A stretch of DNA of 61,154 nt, the filler included, from Ionaspis alba (taxonomy: Eukaryota): the NCBI GenBank assembly GCA_964255285.1. It is 3 parts of 3 records of this genome, joined end to end, with 100 filler letters (N's around TTAATTAATTAA, not from the genome) between each part and the next. Parts side by side here need not be neighbours in the genome. Positions count along the whole stretch, not along the records: positions 40,841 to 61,154 come from CAXUUL010000249.1; 2 more parts are not named here. One strand, written 5' to 3'. Shown piece by piece: positions 51,029 through 61,154 of the stretch. Both the position numbers and the translations under genes were made by a program. Each line of letters opens with the position of its first letter. Positions within the stretch are counted from its first letter, which is position 1. Below the pieces are notes generated by a model. It saw only the letters and a program-made list of their open reading frames with translations, was not told the DNA's origin and searched no databases.

Positions 51029-52449
51029 CTAGTAGCTTCTTGGAAGACCTAGGACTTTCTCTCCAACATAGTTGAGGATCATCTCCTGGTCTTCATCAGC
51101 TTGTTCTGGCGAGCAAAAGGATCAAGACATACTCTGCTCACAGGAGCAATGCGTGGGACAAAGCACTCTCTCATGTAACGCTCAACATGGTACTCTTGTG
51201 CGTACCCCATGCCTCCATGTGCCAGTACAGCTCTTTCACAAGCAGTAAAGCCAGCTTCCGCAGCCAAGTACTTTGCCGAGTTACAAGCAACACCAACAGC
51301 ATGTTGAGTGATCGTGCTATTCTTACCACTTGCATCATACAGCCTTGCTGCATGATAGGTCGCCAGCTTGGCGGCCTCAAGGTTCATGTAAGCATCAGCT
51401 AAAGGGTGTTGAATGCCTTGATTTTGTCCAATAGGTCTTCCAAACACAACACGCTCTTGTGCGTATTTTGACGCCTTCTCCAAAGCAATGTAGCCAAGAC
51501 CCAGAGCCTCTCCAGCAAGCAGACATCTTTCCGCATTCATACCATGCAGTACCTAGTATCTCTCAGTTAGACTGGATCACATGAATGAAATGGGGCGTAC
51601 AATCTTAAATCCCTGTCCTTCTTCGCCAATCAAAGAGTCCGCTGGTACTCGATAATTGTCAAAGAAGACTTCATTCGCATCCACAGCTCGTCCACCCATC
51701 TTCTTGATTCTTCGAAGCTCCAAGCCAGGAGCAGTCTTGTCAAAATCAATGAAGAACAAGGAGAGACCTTCAGAAGGCCTTCGGACCTCTTCTAAAGGTG
51801 TTGTCCGCGCGAGTAGGATCATCTTTGTAGCCACTTGGGCAGAAGATATCCATATCTTTTGTCCTGAAATTTTGTAGTCGATGCCTTCTCGCACCGCTCT
51901 CGTTCGGAGTCTAAGGGTGTCGAGGCCAGTATTGGGCTCAGTCACGCCAAAGCAAGCCCTCCATTCGCCATTGATTAACCTTGGTAGCATTGCTTCTCTC
52001 TGTTTTGTAGTAGCAAATTTAGCGACTGGCTGTGTAGCATAAACATTAGCATGTATAGATTGGGCACCGGCCATTCCGGCTCCGCTTTGCGATATGGTCT
52101 GTAACATCATTGTGGCTTCGGAGATGCCTAATCCAGAACCACCGAGATCTTCCGGTAGAGCGATACCAATCCATCCGTCCTTAGCTAGTGCAGCATGAAG
52201 CTCATGAGGATATTTGCCAGACTCATCGTGCTCTGCCCAGTACTCGTCCGGAAAGTTGGCACAGATCTTAGATATGGCTTCTCTGACGTCCAACTGCTCT
52301 TCTGAAAAGCCACTGAGTTCCATCGATGAACGAGGAATAGAGCGCGAAAATGGCCTGAGTGAAACAAACGAGGGGAAACCTCCTCTTCTAATTCGTGAAC
52401 CACTAAGCAATCGGCCATTTATAAGACGTGGTACTCTCGGGAAAGCCAT
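51029..52449 (-). CDS. Mitochondrial acyl-CoA dehydrogenase, 3 exons
   Basis: FGVTEPNTG, GQKIWIS, MNAER, YAQERVVFGRPIGQNQGIQH, HGGMGY and the ending LGLPRSY. Confidence 0.95.
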
Positions 52450-52708
52450 GATACTTTTGGTTCATACAGGTTTCATACTTCTATGCTATAAAGTGATAAA
52501 CACATGGAGAGCAAAAACAACAAAAATGCAATGGGAACGTCAAAACACATCAGGCAAGCGATAATGCAGAAATACTTTTGTGGAGTGGAAGGTGTTGAAA
52601 TCACCATGGCCGAATCATCAAGAGAAGAAGTGGATGCGGTTAGTGGATGTCTTGGCAGGCGGAGATCGTTCTTGCAGGGGTTCTGCTAGTGCTAGCGCGG
52701 GATTCCGC

Positions 52709-52717
52709 GTAAACAAA
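52709..52717 (+). promoter_or_regulatory. Forkhead (Fkh2/Sep1-type) site GTAAACAAA upstream of INCENP
   Basis: Exact consensus 175 bp before the ATG, directly overlapping a CGCG core. Fits a mitotic gene. Confidence 0.4.
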
Positions 52718-52883
52718 GACAACTTCAAGGACGACTTCAAATACTTCGACAAACATAGAAATCGATTAGCAACACGGCCACGGGTATCCTCGACCTAGAA
52801 TATTTCTTTCTGCCTACATAATGCGTCTGGATTAATTATCGTGTTTTCTTACAACCGCGTCCGGTTGCACCAGTGCGTTCACG

Positions 52884-55800
52884 ATGGCCGGCGTTCGGAC
52901 CAAAGTCCAAATGCCTGTGGGCTCTTCACTATGGATTGGCGAAGAGAGGCAGCAGATTGCGCAGTTCAAGGAGCAAGAAGCGGAGGACTTCGCGTTCTCA
53001 GCCAGGAATGAAGTCGAATGGCTCAACGAACACATGGCGGAGATCTTTAGCAATAATCAGCTGTATGCTAATCAATTCCTTACTGGGTGCGTAGCGCCAT
53101 GCTCACTCTGGCTAGTAATGTCACGGAGATCTTCAAGACGCCGGGGAAACTCAGAGGGAAGACCCCCCGTACAGCAAGAAAGAAGGGTCTTTTGGAGACT
53201 CGCGCAGTAAGTAGCCCATCCTATTCAAAGCTCTGATTTCTAAAATGACGGCCAGCCTCTCACGGACATATTTTCGACGAACACACTTACGACAGAAAGT
53301 CCGACACGAAGCATTCTTCCGTTCGAAAAGCCCGAGAAGCATCAAGGTCAGCAGGAGAATTGCCTGCCACAATTCGATAAGGTACCGGTTCGTGCCAGTG
53401 GAGGAAAGCTCAATGCAGATTCAGGGTATCATGGCATGTCGGAAGATGATATGGATGTTGACGAGGTTTTGCCCCAACCACCAACTATCGCGAAACAAAT
53501 ACTGTCACCGAACAAGGCTATACATGGCGATGTGTCGGCACAACACGAAAACCAAATCGAACCGTCCGCTGTGGAGCTCAGAACAACGGACGGGTCTTTT
53601 CATTTGGCACGGGAGAATTTGACAGAAAAGCTTTCTCAGGAAGAGCTCTCCAAAATGGACGTGGATACATCTGAGGAACGACAAACCAAGATTCCCGAAG
53701 CCACTAATCAATCTGAGACGATGGAAAGCACTCTTCATAGTCCCCACCAGCCCGATATAGCACGCTTCGGTGAGGACAAGGAATCCCTGCTGGGAGACGA
53801 CCATGATATAGATTCATCGCATTCCCCTTCAGAAGGATCCAGTCCCGTCAAGCCTCTGGTCCGGAAAAGCAGTCTCACTTTTGCTTCCCTACCAGCACGT
53901 GAGCCTCTTACAACGAAAAAGAGCATTGGAGCGCGGGTGTCACGAACAAGTCACCTTGACCAAGCTAAAACAAATCCTGCCGGTAGAGGTAGCTATCTAG
54001 GACGCTACACTACCGGCAAGTCACTTGGTGGCACCCGTCAGCCGGAGACAGGCAATGAAGTTGAAGCGCAGGATGGAATAGATGTGGACAAGCCTGGACT
54101 TGTTCGACAGGAGTCTGACCAGGACGGGAAGATAGCCAAATTACACAACAAATCATCTACGCAGCGCCTTCATGATCGGATCAACCTGTTGGGTCAGACG
54201 CAAACAATAAGACCCACTAAGTCGATCCCTGCGGCAGCGACGTTATCACTACAGCCTGTATATCCGGAATTGTCTAAAAGTAGTCTTGAGGAGGTTAACA
54301 CCGACCAACGCGAGGTTGCGCCATCCACAGTACCTTCGACTGCGACGCAAACTACACTTGAAGACGAGGATGATTGGATTCAGCCCCCATCGAAGCAAGT
54401 TGAACGTTCTAATCGGCCACAGCTAGCAAAAAGTCGTTCTGTCGATGTAATGGAGCACATCAGCGGTAAGGACAGTATTGGTGGAGACGAATTTGGGAAT
54501 ATTCTCAGCCAGAAGGATTCTGAGAGACAGGCGTCCCCTCTGCGTTTGATGGCGGCAGTGGACCAGCCAACTGCCAATGTTAACGAGTCGAAGATTGCTT
54601 CGTCTAGGATTCGAGCATCACCTACCAGGTCACTACCACAGGCGGATATTGGTCCTAAGAAAGCCATATCAGTCTACACTTCAGGGGAATCGAATGGCCA
54701 ATCCACGACTCCTGCAGAAATGCCACCATCAAGCTTCCATACGGACGGTCCGTTGAGCGCCTCAAAATCGAAGTTACAGTCCATAATGAAATCAGCCAGA
54801 GGGCTGTTTACAAGTAGCGCAGGTATCTCTGCACAAGCCAAGTTGGAGACACTTTCGCCTTCGTCCATGAAATTGCGTAGCCAGGGTCAAGCTACTTTGA
54901 ATGAGGACGTTTCAAACGACAGACCTGGCCCGTCGACTTTGAGTCGTATGGCATATCCTGACCTTTCAAATGGTCTTCGATCTCAGGGCGGGGACAAAAT
55001 CACCCTCGCAGACGATGGGCGAAGAACCAGGAGTTCTACCGAGAAGAACCGTCAGACTGAAGAACGCACTAACAATGGTAAAGCCGAAACAGCGTTTGAG
55101 GCAGAATCATCGGAATCCAAGTATCAGCGAGGGGAGCCAGTGGAGATCACTAATGCCAGAATTCCCATTGAGCATATCATTGGTACGACAGCAACCCAGA
55201 ACTTGATGAAACCCACGCGACAGAGTCCACGACGATTACAGAAAATCGGGGACAAAGAGGTCTCTGCGAAAGCTTCAGAATTTGGCGTAAGCACTGCAGA
55301 GCACAACGACAATCCGCAAGCTATGGCACCTCCACCCTCTCGATTACAATCTCAAACATCTCAGATACAAAAGCCGAAAGATCTGCGGCGACCCATCAAA
55401 CCTGCGAAAGAAGCGGCTCCGAAGCCCAAACCTCAACCTGTGGCCATAAGAGTGGGAACACTGTCGCAGCGAATACCCTTGACGAACTCAGCACTTTCTT
55501 CTACTCTCCAGGATTCGCTCCCTTCACAGACTAAAGAGGCAGCAGCGGTGAAGAAGGCCAGTAACGTATCATCACAAACTTCGACCTCAAGCTCTACTTT
55601 CAAGAGTTCAATATCGGCCACTTCAAAACCAAAAGCCCTCATTGCGGCTGAGCGTAAGAAAGAACAGGTGAGCAGGCATACTTAGTCATTCTGGACGCTA
55701 TACTAACTCCTCATAGGACGAAAGGGAAGCACAACGTAAGCTGGAACACAAGCGTGAGATGGAACGCAAAAGGGCTGCTCAACAAGAAGAGGCTCATAAG

Positions 55801-57032
55801 CGCGAGCAGCAACAGCGACAGGAGGTAGAGAGACAGCGTGAACGAGACCGCATAGCGGCAGCTGACGAGTCGAGGAAGCTTGCGCAGAAACAGGCGAATG
55901 AAAAGAAGCGACTCGATCAAAACAAGAAAGAGCAGCAGAGGGATACCCAGCGAGTAGCGAATGATCTTGTGAGTAAAGACTATTACATGGACTTGTATCC
56001 AGTATTAATCGTACAGGCTCATGCTATACAAAACGAACGGACTCAGCCTCAGCCTGCTTATCGATCAGACCTTGGAGCAGCTCGTCAAGTATCCAAATTC
56101 GCCGTAACCCAAGAACTTCCAAGGGTTCCTTCCAATTATGCACCAAATCCCGCTAAGCCCCCTAAGAGGGTGTTTGAGCCTGACAACGAAGACGAGCCTG
56201 CGAGGCCAGTCCGCATGCAGGGAGGACAAACCTTCCAGCAGAACGAGTCAAAGCGTCGACGAACTGAAGATGAAGAGACGTTCAACGCGCCTACACGGCC
56301 TACCATGCCTCCTCCAGTCCGACAGTCGAATGCTCGGAAGGTATGTACTTTGCTCTCACAGTATTAGTGCAGTACAGACTAACTTGGCTACAGGAGAATC
56401 CTAAGACTTCTATTTTCTCGAGCAACTACAGTACGGCGTCAGGTCCGTCTAATCACCATGCTGGACCATCATTACTGAAGACGACGACCACGAACCAAGT
56501 GTACCAACAATATCAACATCACAACCAGCCTAACCGCTCGGGTCATCCCATGGACATGGCCAAATATACCAACGGGAAGATCCCCTTCGCCGAAGCTCCG
56601 AATCCTCCACCGGCATCGCACAAGACACCTCTTACCAAACAAGGTATGGCCGGTCCCTCCAGATCTTCTCCCTTGTTCCCGAACGGCGACAACATCCAGC
56701 TCGATGAGATCCCCACCGACAGCGACGAAGAAGACTCGGAAGACGAAAAGACGAAGAAAAAGAAGAACCTTCCGGACTGGGCACTGACACCCAACCTGAA
56801 CGAGAAGCTCATGGAACAAGAGCGGCTGAACACGGATGCCTTGTTCGGACCTATTGCACCCCTGGTCATGGAGGAGATCTTTAAGGATAAGAATAGGCAT
56901 CATCGATTCAGGTCGAGGACGAGCAGTGCGAACTGGTTTGGACAGGATAGGTTGACGGAGGAGGATATTAGGAACGATAACGCGGCTAGGGAGAAGATGA
57001 GGAGGGAGGGGGGTTGGACTTTTGGGTTGTAG
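52884..57032 (+). CDS. Inner centromere protein INCENP (Pic1/Sli15 homolog), multi-exon
   Basis: N-terminal SARNEVEWLNEHMAEIF, a charged coiled coil and a C-terminal IN-box (LPDWA...LFGPIAPLVMEEIF...RFRSRTSSANW). Confidence 0.9.
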
Positions 57033-57874
57033 ATTTTGGTGGATTGGGATTTTTTGGGTTATTATTGCTGCGGAGATAGAGCTCTGGGTCTGGATTCTTC
57101 GCCTGGGCTCTGATTGGGTACGGCGTTTTGTGAGGTCTGGAATTGTTGTACAGTCCAGAAGTTGAAAAGGAGTGACTCTACGCGCATCTTTCTTGTTCCT
57201 TGACCAGAGTTCTCATGAATGGTGGGCACTTCATAGTTCGCTACTGAGTGCGGGCAAGACGAGCTGCTCTATAGCTCTGGTGGGATAGATTAGTTGGAGT
57301 CTTTCCATCTGCAAGAATCTCCTCAAACATGTCATAACTATCTAGAAAAGGCTGAACCTGCACTCTGTAAAACAAATCAAACAGAACAAAATGCTACCAC
57401 TCGCTTCCATAAAAACCTTCGATCTATCTTTGATCTTCCTCTTTCATCCACGCTCACTCAGCTTCCGACTCGCCTTCGGTTCCAACATCAGGACTCCGTC
57501 GTTGCTTCTTGCTTCTTCCAGGGTAAGTGAGTGACTCCAGCTTGAGCTAGACAAACCTGAGTAGAGCCAATCGAAGCGGCTTTCCAGGTTCGTGGTAGAC
57601 GCTGCTCTCGATACTTTTGTGCTTTCATCCAGACACAACTTTCCCATTCCCCCGCTCAACCGATTTTGTTCCACCACCTTCGAGGGTCTTTCATCTCATA
57701 GACATCAGGGACGCGTTCGAGACAGTAGAGTCCTTCAAAGCTTTCCTCACAACGTAATCAAGCCTCGAGCTTTCACTGACTGACCACAACGTCCACTAGT
57801 CACAAATCAACTCGATCAACCATTCCAGTCTCCACCAACCCAAATCTCAGTCGAAGCAGGACCTCCACTCCATC

Positions 57875-59407
57875 ATGGGAAAGCCTATTCCTCTCTTCTC
57901 ACCTCACCCCACTCACCACGCTCCAGCTCCCTCACCCACCGACACAAAGCTCGACCTCCAAACGACTCTCACCTCCTCCAAGCCTTCCAGCAACACCAAG
58001 GACGCCATCCTCATCTCTCGCACCAGGCGCCACGAATCTCTCGAAATCTCCTTCAAACGCACCATTCGCGTCCCGGACAACGATGCGAGCTCTGAGCTTC
58101 CTCCCAACCTTGGGTCCTTCCCGCTGTACTCGACGGCGGCTTGGGAGAAGAAGCTGCCGAAACAGATGGCGGGAAAAGGAGGGATGTTTTTGCCAATGTA
58201 TCGTGAGTCTTCCCCGTGAGATGATGGTGGAGTGGGCAGCTGTTGAGTGACTTCTGGCTAGAACGAGAAGCAATGTGGATTCGATTCAAGAGCGTGAACG
58301 TCTTCGCGGTGAAGATCTATATTGGCGGCATCAACGCCGTCTCAGGCGAGCCGGCCGTCGAGGACATGGCCACGAAGTTGCGAAGGTTGACGCTTATCAA
58401 GAAGGATGAATCGGTCCAGGACTATGTTGTCACTCCCGAGCAGCTGTGGCTCGATGGGATTGCTACCACGACTGGACAGGTCCGGCAGTTCGTAGCGATG
58501 CCATGGGGCTCGGGGTACTCGGTTGAAACTCAGATCACAGGCAAGGATGCAGTGGGAGGTCTTCAGTTTGAGATCACACCTGTGGTTCTGCCACTTATCC
58601 CTCACGTCTCCGGCGAGTCCGATCACTTTCAGATCTTCGTGAGGGCTTTGACCGGCAAGACGATCACCCTAGAGGTGAATTCCCAGGATACCGGACTGAC
58701 CTTGAAGACCCTCATCAAGAGAAAAGAAGGAATTGCTCACGCGGAGGCACGACTCATCTTTGCCGGGAAACAAATCAAAGACCGTGAGTCAGCAGACACT
58801 CTTCAGCATCGACATTGGCTGATGATCAAGTAGACGAGACTTTGCAAGAGCTGAAGATTCTGAAGGTGGAATTCTGGCACCTTTTTTGAAGAAATGATAC
58901 TGACAACGTCTCTAGGAAGCCACGCTCCATCTGGTGCTCCGACTCCGTGGTGGGGATGCCACTCGGACGAGATCCCTAGAGATGGGTATCGCGGCTGGGG
59001 GATTGATCAAGCAGTGCATTCTCGAAGACCCAAACCCCGCTATCTGCTGGGATCACGAACGCACCATCATTTTCAACGTTCAGATCCTCGACGCCAACGG
59101 TTTCCGACAGATCACCGGCATGGATCCTCCCGAATCTCCCATCACCGCGGCGACGTACTCTAAGCACGGCCTTCCTTTCTACAAGATCTTCGATGAGAAG
59201 TCTTCAGTTGTTGGTGACTTCGGGGAGCTCAAATCGATCAAACAGCTGGAGAAAGCTGAGGGGACGAAGAGAAAGCGTCCTGTGGAGGATGAGCCTTCGT
59301 ACAAGAATCCATTGGTGGTGCTCAATCCGGATGGATCTCGCAGGCCGTTTCGAGCTGTGTCAGAGCTAAGGGAAGATCTGCAGAAGTTGAGATCTGTTCA
59401 GTTCTGA
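57875..59407 (+). CDS. Uncharacterised conserved protein with an internal ubiquitin domain, 4 exons
   Basis: [43 protein letters not shown] and GGLQFEI, then a ubiquitin-like domain ending LRLRGG, then [12 protein letters not shown]. Exons 57875-58202, 58262-58783, 58834-58865, 58916-59407. Confidence 0.85.
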
Positions 59408-60126
59408 AGCTCCTTATGAACACTCGATCAACTTCGTGGCTAGGTGCACTGATGGTGGACAGACGCTGGCTGGCACGTCATTGGGTAGCACTAGACGAGG
59501 AAGGCCTCCTAACCTGCTTATTCGGCTCTGGATCTGGATCGTCCGTGAGGCTTGTGGGATTCGCAGCCTTCCAGCCTGTAGATGGTCTTAACATGTTGTG
59601 CCATCAACATACCTAGCGTAAGCTCTTGTACCGTAGATGGTCCTCATGGACACGGGCCACAGGCCATTGTCCAATGTGCAATAGATCTACATAAAGTGGT
59701 CGGACGGGATCATCAAGTACTGATTGCTCATAGGATAAGGTTTGTATCATAGAGCTGTTGTCTGTGCCGTGCTGCATAAGTATTGTCAACGTCGGGCTGT
59801 CATATCCAAAGACCCTTTCACAATAGTAGTGGAAGGGACTCGTGTGTGTGTGGCATAAGAACGAGGCACTTTGGACAATCTTCCCAAGTGGACCAGGATC
59901 GCGCCTTGCATAACTCTTAGCGCTGCCTTAGCGTTGCTCAAGGTGCATAAACTAAGCGCTAGCTTCCGTTGCCTGTTCCCGCATCAGACTTCGGTCCACG
60001 CGCATCGACTGGAGTAAGAAATCCACTCGTTACTTGGATCAAGGCGCCTTCCCACTGAGGCCCCAAAAGCAACCCTGGAAACCGGCACATACGCCTCTCG
60101 TGCCTTCTTAGCCTGTGCAATCAATC

Positions 60127-61154
60127 ATGGGCAGTCATATGGGAATGGCATACTACAATCAATTGCCTCCCCAGTCACATGGCTTCCCGCAGCCTCATCC
60201 ACCCCACCACCAGCAACAGCAACTCCAGCACCAGCAACAGCAGCAACAACACATGTATGGCGGAGACCCGTCCATGTCCATGTCCATGCCTCCTCCTCCA
60301 CCATCTTCCATGCACCCTGGGAATCCGCAGCAACAACACCACCGGCAGCAGCAGCAACAGCAGCAGCAACAGCAATACTATCAGGCCCAGATCCGGAACA
60401 ACAGTAAGTTTATTCCATGCATACTTTCCTATGTTCCGAGCGTGCCTGCCTTGACCTGCAGATCAACCGTACCTGTTAACCGTACCTGTTGAAAGCATAT
60501 CACATGCTGACCGAGACTTCCCTCTCTTTTTCTCTCTCTAGATCAACACATTCCCCAATCTTCCGTCTACCTGCCCTCTCAACCTACCTTCGCACAACCT
60601 CCTCTCCCACAGAACAACTTCACGCAGCCACCTCCACCACAACCAAACTACTTCCAAGCTCGCCAAACACCACCCATTCCCTCCCCAACCCACAGTCAAC
60701 ACTCCTCCTCTTCAACACCCCTAGGCCACTCCACACCCCTCGGTCATCCACCTCATCCCCCATCCATGGCCTCAGCAAGCGTAACACAACCCACCCCACA
60801 ACCTCTCCCCCAGCACTCCGCACCACCAAATCCAAATCCCCAAAGTCTCACTCCTCAAAAACCCATTCTCCAACCTCCACTCTCCCCTGCGGCTGCCTCT
60901 CTCGAAAGCCAACGCGTCTCCACCCTCCTCGAAATCAACAAAGCCCTCCTCCAGGAAATCATCCAACTTCAATTCGCCGGCCGCACCAGCGCACCTCCCT
61001 CTACCCAAGGGAAACCCGGAGCCACACCGGCTGCACCTCCCGCCGGCGGGCAGGTTGGTGCTAATGGGTCGATATGTAGTAGGGAGTATATCGAGTGCGT
61101 CCTTTCCTTCCCATCCCTTCCTCCTCTCCCTTCCTTTCCCTCCCCCTCCACCAC
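60127..61154 (+). CDS. Gln/Pro-rich protein with an SSXT-like (SS18/Snf11-type) domain, 3'-truncated
   Basis: PolyQ exon 1, then an intron at ~60404-60541. Exon 2 reads ...QRVSTLLEINKALLQEIIQLQFAGR...REYIE before a GT donor near 61095. Confidence 0.6.
60205..60376 (+). repeat. Coding CAG/CAA microsatellites (polyglutamine tracts)
   Basis: Two clusters of mixed CAG/CAA codons. Confidence 0.8.

Overview
Intron-rich genomic DNA of a filamentous ascomycete (Pezizomycotina; gene order resembles Eurotiomycetes). It is a draft scaffold with four N gaps, two of which contain an artificial TTAATTAATTAA linker. About 25 protein-coding genes can be supported. Most of 16.9-61 kb is housekeeping: RIP1, OPI10/Hikeshi, AVL9, HOG1, group III G-alpha, GPH1, a HAD nucleotidase, SPO7, an ABHD5/CLD1-like hydrolase, perilipin-like CAP20, an acyl-CoA dehydrogenase, INCENP and an SSXT-like protein. 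The first ~16 kb is accessory. Its main feature is a head-to-head pair: a fungal gasdermin-like gene (12344-13222, +) and an NLR-like gene with CHAT caspase-like protease, NB-ARC and TPR regions (6846-11738, -). Together they look like a self-contained protease-activated cell-death module. The NLR carries an in-frame TAG immediately followed by ATG inside its TPR region. Other points of interest are an orphan AflX/OrdB-like oxidoreductase, a protein with an internal ubiquitin domain ending in an intact LRLRGG, a MITE-like element and a lipid-droplet gene neighbourhood. All calls come from reading motifs by eye; no database searches were run.
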